From Clostridia bacterium (GTDB taxonomy: Bacteria; Bacillota; Clostridia; Christensenellales; Aristaeellaceae), in assembly GCA_045617085.1 (NCBI GenBank), contig JAZLHZ010000066.1, positions 1-43,005 on the forward strand: a stretch of 43,005 nt of DNA, in the 5' to 3' direction. The notes under the pieces were generated by a model. It was not told the origin of the DNA. It saw only the letters and a list, made by a program, of their open reading frames with translations, and did not search any database. Below, one piece after another: positions 16,829 to 25,525 of the stretch. A program made the translations under genes and the position numbers. Positions within the stretch are counted from its first letter, which is position 1. Every line of letters begins with the position of its first letter.

Positions 16829-17926
16829 ATGAACGCAAAAAAGAAGATCGCAGCGGCGGCCGTGATTGCAGCGGTCTGTGTGACGATGTCGTCATGCAGC
16901 CTGCTTCCCGAAGAGGAGACCTTCGGCTATGCGCCGGTGGTTTCGGAATATGAACGGGTGGAGCTGAAGAGTGCCGAGTGCACCCGGGGCGACATGGCGC
17001 TGACGAAGACCATCAGCTGTACATACGTGCCGGTGCGTACCGAATATCTGAAGTTCGGCGTCAGCGGTGTAAATTATGACGAGGTGTTCGTAGATGTCGG
17101 CGACAGCGTGGAGGAAGGCCAGCTGCTGGCGCAGCTGCGGCTGGACAGCATTCCGGACAGCATCGCATCTGTGGAGCGAAGCATTGAAGAATACCGCATG
17201 AAGCTGAAACACAACGAGGAGAACCGCCAGCTGGCGCTGAAACGTCAGGAGCTGCGCCGGGAGAGCATGACCGGCGAGGATTATGACGAGGCGGTCCGGC
17301 TCATCAACGAGAGCTACGACGACAACGCCGCAAGCATCAACGACAGCATCGACATCCTCAACCTGCGTCTGGAAGCTTACAACAGGGATCTGACGAACCG
17401 CCAGCTCATCGCACCGATGAACGGCACCGTCACCTATATCAAGAAGATGCAGACCTATGATGTGAGCACCATCGGCGAAAAGATGATGAGCGTGGCTGAC
17501 TCCACGATGTCGCTGTTCCGGGCGCAGACCGAATTCTGGGATCACTTTACTCCCGGCGATCAGTACACCATCACCGCCAACAAGAGCGAGTATGAGGCGA
17601 CCGTGATGTCCGAGGAAGAGCTGGGTCTTAAGGCGGAGGTCAAGGAACCGGGCCAGAAGGGGTATGTGTATTTTGCCCTGAACGAGCCGACCTTTGAACT
17701 GGAGGACAACGACAAGGGTACGCTGGTGCTGGTGCTGGATACCAGAGAAAACGTGCTGATGGTGCCTGAAGCCGCCATTGCCGAGATCAACGGCAGCTCC
17801 GTCGTCTACTTCCAGGACGAGAACGGACTGCGTCAGTATAAAAACGTGACCACGGGTCTTACGGCGAACAAGTTTGTGGAAATCATCGATGGACTCAGCG
17901 AAGGCGAATCCGTCGTCGCAGAGTAA
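16829..17926 (+). CDS. HlyD/MFP-type periplasmic adaptor lipoprotein, paralogue 1
   Basis: 365 aa. Signal peptide plus lipobox TMSSC. Split lipoyl-like halves (VDVGDSVEEGQLLAQL .. LIAPMNGTVTYI) flank a coiled-coil region. C-terminal beta-barrel-like VLMVPEAAI..VVYFQD...VEIIDGLSEGESVV. Confidence 0.8.
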   Translation: MNAKKKIAAAAVIAAVCVTMSSCSLLPEEETFGYAPVVSEYERVELKSAECTRGDMALTKTISCTYVPVRTEYLKFGVSGVNYDEVFVDVGDSVEEGQLLAQLRLDSIPDSIASVERSIEEYRMKLKHNEENRQLALKRQELRRESMTGEDYDEAVRLINESYDDNAASINDSIDILNLRLEAYNRDLTNRQLIAPMNGTVTYIKKMQTYDVSTIGEKMMSVADSTMSLFRAQTEFWDHFTPGDQYTITANKSEYEATVMSEEELGLKAEVKEPGQKGYVYFALNEPTFELEDNDKGTLVLVLDTRENVLMVPEAAIAEINGSSVVYFQDENGLRQYKNVTTGLTANKFVEIIDGLSEGESVVAE

Positions 17927-17937
17927 GCGGAGGGCGT

Positions 17938-19047
17938 ATGAGCAATAAAAAAAGGATCTGTGCATTTCTGCTGCTGACGGCAGTGCTGCTTTCGGGCTGT
18001 AATACGGCACAAAATACGGAAGAGGTGCCCTCGCTGATGGAGCCCGTGGGCGTCAAGGTGGATACCGCCGTCGTGGAAAAGGGCAGCTTCTGTACCAGAC
18101 AGATGTATGAAGGCTCCGTTGTCGCCAAAGCGGAGGAGCTGGCTTTTGAGATCGACGGAACGCTGGGCAGCGTCGATATCTATCAGGGCCAATGGGTTGA
18201 AGAAGGACAGCCCCTGTTCTATATCGATCAGGAGGACCTTCAGGAGAGTATCGATGAAGTGATGGACGACATTGCGTATACCGAAAAGGACGGCGAGTAT
18301 ACCGATGCGATGACGATGCTGGATATCGAGCAGCTGGAGCTGGAACTGGAAAAGCTCTGCGCCGCAAATCCCAAAGACGATGCGGCCATCGAGTCCAAGC
18401 AGCTGGATATCGAGCAGACAAGACTGAAGCTCAAGCAGAGCGTCGAGCTGAGAAACGTCACGCTGGACAAGTACAATGCCACGCTGGAGACCCTAAAGAC
18501 CGACTACGGCAAAAACGTGATCTGTGCGCCTTTCTCCGGCAACGTGTTCTATGAGAGCCTGACCGAGGGTACCAGAGTCAAGGCGGACAAGCCGGTAGCC
18601 TATATTGCAAATCCCAACAATTATACGCTGATCGTGGATGCCTACATCTCCGAGCAGAAGCTGGAGGGCATGAAGTATTACGGCCAGATCGGCGGTTCGC
18701 AGTTCGAGCTGCAGCATATCCCGATGGATCAGGACGAAATGAGCTCCATCATCCTCTCCGGCGAGAGCCTGACGACCGAGTTCAGGATCCTGGGTACCGA
18801 GGACGAGCTGAGCGAGGTCACCGCCGGTATGTACGGCGTGCTGTTCACCGAGTTCAACTTCGTGGAGGATACCCTGTACATTCCGATGCTGGCCGTGTAC
18901 ACCGCAGGAAGCACCCGGTATGTATATATGGTGAACGAGGACGGCAGCCGTACCCGCAGAGATATCAAGGTCGGCAAAAACAACGGCATCGTGATCGAGG
19001 TGCTGGAAGGTCTGGAGGAAGGAGATGAGGTCTATGTCAAGGAATAA
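17938..19047 (+). CDS. HlyD/MFP-type adaptor lipoprotein, paralogue 2
   Basis: 369 aa. GGAGGG RBS. Canonical lipobox LLSGC. Motifs QWVEEGQPLFYID .. coiled coil .. ICAPFSGNVFY .. TLYIPMLAV..YVYMVNEDG..VLEGLEEGDEVYV. Confidence 0.8.
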   Translation: MSNKKRICAFLLLTAVLLSGCNTAQNTEEVPSLMEPVGVKVDTAVVEKGSFCTRQMYEGSVVAKAEELAFEIDGTLGSVDIYQGQWVEEGQPLFYIDQEDLQESIDEVMDDIAYTEKDGEYTDAMTMLDIEQLELELEKLCAANPKDDAAIESKQLDIEQTRLKLKQSVELRNVTLDKYNATLETLKTDYGKNVICAPFSGNVFYESLTEGTRVKADKPVAYIANPNNYTLIVDAYISEQKLEGMKYYGQIGGSQFELQHIPMDQDEMSSIILSGESLTTEFRILGTEDELSEVTAGMYGVLFTEFNFVEDTLYIPMLAVYTAGSTRYVYMVNEDGSRTRRDIKVGKNNGIVIEVLEGLEEGDEVYVKE

Positions 19048-20113
19048 GGTGACGGCACTGCTGCTTGCATTGCTGCTGATGATGAGCTCCTTTGCCCTTG
19101 CCGATGACAACCTCATCGCCGATGACAAGATCGAGCAGGACGAAGTCAACTATGACTCCGCCGACGTGGAATACGGCGAGTTCATCAAAACGGCGCAGGG
19201 CTCCGGCATGGAGTACTATCCGCTGGTGTATCAGGTAAAATACGAGGGCGACACTGCGGCGTATGTCAAGACGCTGGTCAAGAACGGCGAGACCGTACAG
19301 GAGGATACGCCCGTCATGCAGATCGAAGTGCTGTACGACGAGGTGCAGATGGCGGAGCTCAACATGAACCTTGACCGCACCAAGACCGCCTTTGAAGAGG
19401 GCAAGCTGGACAGAGAGCTGGCCATCAAGGAGCTGGCGGCTTCCGTCGGCGCCATGCAGGATGACTATGACCGGCGCAGTGCGGAGATCAGTCTGAAGAA
19501 GATGAAGCTGGAGCTGGAGCAGTATATCTACCGTCAGGAATATTCCATTGCCCGGCAGCAGGAAAATATCGATGAGCTGAATGAGCGCCATGCCGTGCAG
19601 TATGTGTATGCCGGCCACAGCGGCATCATTCAGGATCTGGCCTATTTCAAGGAAGAGGACAGGATCTACAACGGCACCGTGATCGCCACTATCAACAGCG
19701 ATGCGGTCATGCTGATCGCCATGAAGGATTCCCAGCTGCGCTACGGTATGAATGTTACCATCGAGACCGGCGCCAGCAAGAACCGCCAGACGGTCACCGG
19801 CCACGTGGTGGCGGCGACAGACTGTCTGCGCAACGTGACCAGCCCCTATACGCTGATCGAGGTCGATCCCTTTGAGCCGAACGACAAGTTCTCCTGGAAG
19901 GGCATCAAGGTGTTCGGTGACGTGATCTATCTGGATAATGTGCTTTTGATGAAGCGCAAGGCGGCTGTGCTGGACGGCGGCAAATATCTGGTAACGCTGC
20001 TGACCGAGGACGGCGTGACCCATAAACGGTATATGACCTGGGGACTCAACAATGCCGAGACCGTCGTCGTGCTGCAGGGCGTGGAAGCCGGCGATGTGAC
20101 GATCATTGACTAA
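19025..20113 (+). CDS. HlyD/MFP-type adaptor, paralogue 3 (signal peptide, no lipobox Cys)
   Basis: 362 aa. Overlaps the previous gene by 23 nt; an alternative ATG is at 19034. Signal peptide ..LLLMMSSFALA/DD. Motifs NGETVQEDTPVMQIE .. coiled coil .. VYAGHSGIIQDL .. VVLQGVEAGDVTII. Confidence 0.7.
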   Translation: MRSMSRNKVTALLLALLLMMSSFALADDNLIADDKIEQDEVNYDSADVEYGEFIKTAQGSGMEYYPLVYQVKYEGDTAAYVKTLVKNGETVQEDTPVMQIEVLYDEVQMAELNMNLDRTKTAFEEGKLDRELAIKELAASVGAMQDDYDRRSAEISLKKMKLELEQYIYRQEYSIARQQENIDELNERHAVQYVYAGHSGIIQDLAYFKEEDRIYNGTVIATINSDAVMLIAMKDSQLRYGMNVTIETGASKNRQTVTGHVVAATDCLRNVTSPYTLIEVDPFEPNDKFSWKGIKVFGDVIYLDNVLLMKRKAAVLDGGKYLVTLLTEDGVTHKRYMTWGLNNAETVVVLQGVEAGDVTIID

Positions 20114-20126
20114 GGAGGTGTGAGGC

Positions 20127-22928
20127 GTGCTGCGATTTGTAATCCGAAAGATGATAAGCAAGAAGTGGATGGTTCTGGCTCTGCTGATCGGCAATATCCT
20201 GCTGGTCAGTATCACCGCCTCCAACCCCATGTATACCCGTGCAGTGCTCCAGAGAACACTGCTCACCGACCTGAGCGACTACATGGCGGAAAAGAACCGG
20301 TATCCGCTGGTGATGACGCTCAAGGCGAATGCCTCCGCCAGCCGCAACCAGTACGTGCTGGACAACGATGTGTATGTCGATGAGATCCCCGGTGAATTCG
20401 GCGTACCGGCGAAAAACGTGGTCAAACGGTATTCCGTCAACGGCGATACCGAGTCCAACCTGGACAGAAACGACAGAAAGCATACCACCATCACCGTGGC
20501 GATGCTCTCCGAGATGAACGACCATATCTCCATGGTCGCAGGCACCGGTATGAGCACCGGAGCGGATGCGGACGGCATCTATGATGTTATCCTCAGCGAA
20601 AAGGGCATTGCCGAGACCAAGCTGCTGCTGGGCGAGATACTGACCTTCAACAAGCTGGTAAACAAGGACGGCGAGCCGCTGAAGGTACGTATCGCCGGTG
20701 TATTCAAGAATCGGGATGTATCCGATACCTATTGGGTGCAGTCGCCCAACAGCTACTCCACCACCGTGTTCATCGATGAAGGCGTGTTCCGTGACTGGTT
20801 CATGCAGGAGGGCTATGCCGATACCGGCGTGGAAGGCCTGTGGATCGTCATGATGGACTATAAGCAGCTGCAGGTGGAAAATGTCGATCACATGATCGAA
20901 CTGGCCACCGAGTTCCCGGATCGGTATCCCAAGTCCTCGAACATGACCGTATCCAACAACTTTATCAATAACCTGACCGAGTTCACCAAGACCGAGGCCA
21001 AGGTGCGCACCACCATCCTCGTGCTGCAGGTGCCTATCTTCGTGCTGCTGGCGGCATTCATCTTCATGGTGTCCAAGCAGATGCTGGACATGGAGCAGGC
21101 GGAGATCGCCGTGCTGAAATCCAGAGGCGCAGGCAGAGCGCAGGTCATTACCATCTACGTCATTCAGAGCCTGATCATGGCGGTGATGTCGCTGGCCATC
21201 GGTATTCCCGTGGCGGTGCTGCTGGTGCAGGTGCTGGGTGCGGCAAACGCCTTCCTGGAGTTCGTCAAGCGCTCGGCGCTGAACCCCGTGGTCACCGTGG
21301 AGACGCTGATCTATGCGGGTACGGCGGCATTCATTTCCATGTGCGCCATGGTACTGCCTGTGTTCAAGCATTCCAAGGTCACCATCGTCAATCAGAAGCA
21401 GAGAAAGCACAGAAAGAGCGATGCGCCCATATGGCAGAAGCTCTTCCTCGACGTGATCCTGCTGGGCGTTTCGATCTACGGCCTGTATTCCTTCAATAAC
21501 CAGAAGGAGTTCCTGGCACAGCGGGTGCTGGAGGGCGCTTCCCTCGACCCGATCCTGTTCCTCAGCTCCTCTCTGTTCATGCTGGGTGCCGGCATGTTTG
21601 CACTGCGTGTGCTGCCGGTCATCGTGTGGGCGATCTTCTCACTGTTCAAGAAGCAGTGGAGTCCTGCCCTGTATACCTCCTTCCTCCGTGTGCTGCGTAC
21701 CAGAAACCAGCAGGGCTTCATCATGGTGTTCCTCATCATGACCATTGCTCTGGGCGTATTTGATGCCTCGGCGGCAAGAACCATCAATAACAACGACGAG
21801 CGCAATCTGCGGTATATGACCGGTGCCGACATCAGCATGCAGGAGCATTGGGACGACAACAGCTCGGTCGTGGCGGAAGACCCCACCGTGGAGCTGGTGT
21901 TCCGTGAGCCGGACTTCGGCAAGTATACCCAGCTGGACGGCGTGGAGAGCCTGACAAGAGTTCTGGTGGAAAAGAACGGCTCCCTGAGCGTCAAGGGCGG
22001 CACGCTGAAGAACGTCATGATCATGGGCATCAACACCAAGGAGTTCGGCCAGACCGCATGGTTCGAGGACGGACTGCTGCAGAGCCACTGGTACAACTAC
22101 CTCAATGCCATGTCCCAGAAGGCGAAGGCCGTGCTGGTCTCCTCCAACTTCGCAAAGAATTACGGCTATAAGATCGGCGATGCCATTTACTACAAGGCAG
22201 GCGACAAGACCAGCGTCCGCGGCGTCATTTACGGCTTCGTGGATTACTGGCCCGGCTATGCGCCCACGACCTACTCCAAGGGCACCAACGGTCTGTACTC
22301 CGAAACCGAGAACTATCTGATCGTCGCCAACCTGTCCCAGCTTCAGGCGACCTGGGGCGTGACGCCGTATCAGGTATGGATGAAGGTCGACGATTCCAGT
22401 GCGTTCATCTATGATTACCTCAACGAGAGCCAGACGGTGCTGACCTCCTTCCACGATATCTCTTCCGAGATCGTATCTCTGAAGAACGATCCCGTCATTC
22501 AGGGCACCAACGGCATCCTGACCGTCGGCTTCATCGTCGTGCTGGTTCTGTGCTGCGTGGGCTTCCTGATCTACTGGATCCTGTCCATCAAGTCCCGTGA
22601 GCTCCAGTTCGGTATTTTCCGGGCAATGGGTATGTCCATGCGGGAGATCATTACCATGCTGATCAACGAGCATATCTTCATTTCCGGCGCAGCCATCGCC
22701 ACCGGCGCATTTGTCGGCAGGCTCACCGCAGACCTGTTTATGCCCCTGATCCAGATCGCCTATTCTTCCTCCGACAATGCGCTGCCGCTGCGGGTCATCA
22801 ATGACGCAGGCGATAATATCCGCCTTGCCGTCATCATCGGCCTCATGATCGGCGTGTGCCTGGTCGTCCTGGCCGTCATCATCAGAAAGATGAAGATCGC
22901 ACAGGCGCTGAAGCTCGGCGAAGATTAA
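20127..22928 (+). CDS. ABC transporter permease with two FtsX/MacB-type modules in one 933-aa chain
   Basis: GTG start with AAGGAGG 8 nt upstream. Two FtsX-like TM bundles (around ..LKSRGAGRAQVITIYVIQSL.. and ..FGIFRAMGMSMREIITMLINEHIF..), each preceded by a large hydrophilic, presumably extracytoplasmic, domain. Confidence 0.85.
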   Translation: MLRFVIRKMISKKWMVLALLIGNILLVSITASNPMYTRAVLQRTLLTDLSDYMAEKNRYPLVMTLKANASASRNQYVLDNDVYVDEIPGEFGVPAKNVVKRYSVNGDTESNLDRNDRKHTTITVAMLSEMNDHISMVAGTGMSTGADADGIYDVILSEKGIAETKLLLGEILTFNKLVNKDGEPLKVRIAGVFKNRDVSDTYWVQSPNSYSTTVFIDEGVFRDWFMQEGYADTGVEGLWIVMMDYKQLQVENVDHMIELATEFPDRYPKSSNMTVSNNFINNLTEFTKTEAKVRTTILVLQVPIFVLLAAFIFMVSKQMLDMEQAEIAVLKSRGAGRAQVITIYVIQSLIMAVMSLAIGIPVAVLLVQVLGAANAFLEFVKRSALNPVVTVETLIYAGTAAFISMCAMVLPVFKHSKVTIVNQKQRKHRKSDAPIWQKLFLDVILLGVSIYGLYSFNNQKEFLAQRVLEGASLDPILFLSSSLFMLGAGMFALRVLPVIVWAIFSLFKKQWSPALYTSFLRVLRTRNQQGFIMVFLIMTIALGVFDASAARTINNNDERNLRYMTGADISMQEHWDDNSSVVAEDPTVELVFREPDFGKYTQLDGVESLTRVLVEKNGSLSVKGGTLKNVMIMGINTKEFGQTAWFEDGLLQSHWYNYLNAMSQKAKAVLVSSNFAKNYGYKIGDAIYYKAGDKTSVRGVIYGFVDYWPGYAPTTYSKGTNGLYSETENYLIVANLSQLQATWGVTPYQVWMKVDDSSAFIYDYLNESQTVLTSFHDISSEIVSLKNDPVIQGTNGILTVGFIVVLVLCCVGFLIYWILSIKSRELQFGIFRAMGMSMREIITMLINEHIFISGAAIATGAFVGRLTADLFMPLIQIAYSSSDNALPLRVINDAGDNIRLAVIIGLMIGVCLVVLAVIIRKMKIAQALKLGED

Positions 22929-22955
22929 TACAAGAACAGATACGGGGGAATTGTT

Positions 22956-23912
22956 ATGCGTTCGAATTTTATGAAGGGCAATTACGGCGTGTTCATCCAC
23001 TACCTTACCAAATCCACGGTAACGGCAGAGGAATGGAACGAGCGCACGGCGGCCTTTGATGTTGAGACTTTGGCAAAGCAGCTGCACGATATCGGCGCCA
23101 AATGGATATTTCTGACCCTGGGCCAGACCTCCGGCCACTTCCCGGCACCGAATGCCACCTATGACAGCATCGCAAAGGTCACGCCTTCCAAGTGCTCCGA
23201 AAGGGACATCATTTCCGACCTGTACGATGCGCTGGAGCCCTACGGCATACGGCTGTGCCTGTATATGCCCAGTGAAGGCTGCAACTGCCCCAATTTCGGC
23301 TGGCAGTACGGCAGGAACCAGGAGACCGGCAAGAATACGGGCCTGCGGCTGGCGGAATTTCAGGTGAAGTGGGAAAGCGTGATCCGGGAATGGTCACTGC
23401 GCTGGGGAAAGAAGATCTCCGCCTGGTGGGTGGATTCCTGCTACTTTGCCGATCAGATGTACAATTTTGACGACGCTCCCAACTTCCACAGCTTTGCCGC
23501 AGCGCTGCGTGCGGGAAATGAGGATGCGCTGCTGGCGTTCAATCCCGGCGTGCTGCTGCCGGTGGAAAGCATCACCGATGAGGATGACTACACCGCAGGA
23601 GAATTGAGCACATTCCTTCCCACCGGCTTTGACAGGTTCCCCATCGAGGTCAAGTTCAAGACCGGCAACGTGCCGGTACAGAAGCTGGAGAATATCCAGT
23701 TCCAGCTGCTGTGCTCGCTGGGCAAGGACTGGGGACATCTGTCCGTCAACAAGGAGCCCCGCTTCCCCGATGCACTGGCAGCAGCGTACACGAGGTACAT
23801 CCTCGACATGGGCGGCGCCATGACGTGGGAAGTCCCCTGCAAGTATGACGGAACGATCTATGAACCCTTTATCAGGCAATTGTCTCTGGTAAAACAAGAA
23901 ATGCAGAAGTAA
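22956..23912 (+). CDS. cytoplasmic alpha-L-fucosidase-like (GH29-fold-like) protein; family assignment tentative
   Basis: 318 aa with no signal peptide. NYGVFIHY.., GAKWIFLTLGQ.., RDIISDLYDALEPYGIRLCLYMPSEG, WWVDSCY and GGAMTWEVP follow the order of GH29 catalytic-domain landmarks. The HHDGF-type motif is absent. Confidence 0.45.
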   Translation: MRSNFMKGNYGVFIHYLTKSTVTAEEWNERTAAFDVETLAKQLHDIGAKWIFLTLGQTSGHFPAPNATYDSIAKVTPSKCSERDIISDLYDALEPYGIRLCLYMPSEGCNCPNFGWQYGRNQETGKNTGLRLAEFQVKWESVIREWSLRWGKKISAWWVDSCYFADQMYNFDDAPNFHSFAAALRAGNEDALLAFNPGVLLPVESITDEDDYTAGELSTFLPTGFDRFPIEVKFKTGNVPVQKLENIQFQLLCSLGKDWGHLSVNKEPRFPDALAAAYTRYILDMGGAMTWEVPCKYDGTIYEPFIRQLSLVKQEMQK

Positions 23913-23937
23913 TACCGAATAGTTAGAGGTACCGGCG

Positions 23938-24618
23938 ATGAGCGACAATATTATTGTAACCAACGGCGTTTGCCGCAGCTTCCCGACCCAGAGCGGCGAC
24001 TTCTGGGCGCTGAAGGACATCAATGTGGAGATCCCCACCGGCAAGCTGACGATCCTGAAGGGCAAGTCCGGTTCGGGCAAGACCACGCTGATGAACATCC
24101 TCGGTGCGCTGGACAAGCCCACCAAGGGCAGCGTATTGTTTGACGGGAAGGATATCACGAAGCTGGACGAGAACTCCAGAGCCAGACTGCGCAGGATCGA
24201 CATCGGTTTCATTTTCCAGTCCATTGCACTGATCCCGATGATGAGCGCCATTGAAAACGTGGACTATGCCCTGCGTCTGACACGATATAAGGGCGACAGA
24301 GTGGAGCGGGCGATGGAATGTCTGAAGCTGGTCGGTCTGGGCGCCCGTGCGGATCATCTGCCGCAGGAGATGTCCGGCGGCGAGCAGCAGCGTGTCGCCA
24401 TTGCCAGAGCCGTGGCGCATCGGCCGAAGGTGCTTTTCGCCGATGAACCCACCGGCGCACTGGATACCGTGACCGGTCTTGCCGTCATGAAGATATTCCG
24501 TGAGCTCACCGAGAAGGAGGGCGTGACCATCGTCATGACCACCCACGACGTGGGACTGATGGAGCTGGGCGACAAGGTGTATCAGCTGGAAGGCGGTGAA
24601 CTGACAGATGGAGAATAA
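23938..24618 (+). CDS. ABC transporter ATP-binding protein (MacB/LolD-type NBD), subunit 1
   Basis: 226 aa. Walker A GKSGSGKT, Q-loop FIFQS, signature MSGGEQQR, Walker B VLFADEPTGALD, H-loop TTHD. Confidence 0.9.
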   Translation: MSDNIIVTNGVCRSFPTQSGDFWALKDINVEIPTGKLTILKGKSGSGKTTLMNILGALDKPTKGSVLFDGKDITKLDENSRARLRRIDIGFIFQSIALIPMMSAIENVDYALRLTRYKGDRVERAMECLKLVGLGARADHLPQEMSGGEQQRVAIARAVAHRPKVLFADEPTGALDTVTGLAVMKIFRELTEKEGVTIVMTTHDVGLMELGDKVYQLEGGELTDGE

Positions 24619-25525
24619 CGAACCTATCATCATCTGTGACAATCTGGTCAAGATCTACAAGACAAAGGATATCGAGGTACTGGCACTGCAGGGTCTGGAA
24701 ATCACCATTGACCGGGGCGAGCTGATGGCCATCATCGGCAACAGCGGCTCGGGCAAGAGTACCTTCCTCAACATGATCGGCGGTCTGGACAGACCTTCTG
24801 CCGGCAAGCTGATCGTGGACGGGAAGGACCTGTTCAAGCTGAACGAGCGGCAGTTGGTGGACTACAAGCGCAATACCGTCGGCTTCGTGTGGCAGAACAA
24901 TGCAAGAAACCTGCTGCCCTACCTCACCGCATGGCAGAATGTCCAGATGCCCATGCTGTTTGAGAGCAGCGCAAAGAAGAAAAAGGAGCGGGCGCTGGAG
25001 CTGCTGGAAATGGTGGGCATGAGCCACAGAAAGAACAGCAGACTGAGCCAGCTCTCCGGCGGCGAACAGCAGCGTATCGCCATCGCCATCGCACTGGCGA
25101 ACAACCCGAAGATCCTGCTGGCCGACGAGCCCACCGGCGCAGTTGACCCCAATACCGCCAAGTACATTTTGGACATGTTCCGGGATATCAATAAGAATAC
25201 CGGCCTGACCATCGTCATCGTTACCCATGACCGACTGCTGGCCAAGAAGGTCAACCGTGTTGCCGCCATCCGTGACGGAAAGATCAGCTCCGAGCGCATC
25301 ATGAAGCAAAGCTATATCGACCGTCTGGACGATATCAACGTGTTCACAGAGCAGGAAGAGGTGCAGGACGAGTTTGCCATCCTCGACCGCGCCGGACGTG
25401 TGCAGATCCCCAGAGACACCCTTGAAAAGATGGGCATCAGCGGCAACAAGGTCAAGATGGATATTCAGGACGACCGGATCATTATCAGCAAGCCCGCCGA
25501 TCAGGAGAAGGCACAGGACGCATGA
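24608..25525 (+). CDS. ABC transporter ATP-binding protein, subunit 2, with a C-terminal AbrB/SpoVT-like extension
   Basis: 305 aa. Walker A GNSGSGKS, signature LSGGEQQR, Walker B ILLADEPTGAVD, H-loop VTHD. An extra roughly 75-aa tail contains GRVQIPRDTLEKMGISGNKVKMDIQDDRIIISKP. Overlaps the previous gene by 11 nt. Confidence 0.9.
   Translation: MENNEPIIICDNLVKIYKTKDIEVLALQGLEITIDRGELMAIIGNSGSGKSTFLNMIGGLDRPSAGKLIVDGKDLFKLNERQLVDYKRNTVGFVWQNNARNLLPYLTAWQNVQMPMLFESSAKKKKERALELLEMVGMSHRKNSRLSQLSGGEQQRIAIAIALANNPKILLADEPTGAVDPNTAKYILDMFRDINKNTGLTIVIVTHDRLLAKKVNRVAAIRDGKISSERIMKQSYIDRLDDINVFTEQEEVQDEFAILDRAGRVQIPRDTLEKMGISGNKVKMDIQDDRIIISKPADQEKAQDA

Noticed and set aside
22929-22941. TACAAGAACAGAT upstream of the GH29-like gene as a fifth LexA-like box
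   Set aside because: Only the GAACA half-site is present (GAACAgaTACGG), with no palindromic partner and no convincing promoter nearby. It is mentioned within the findings but not called as a site.
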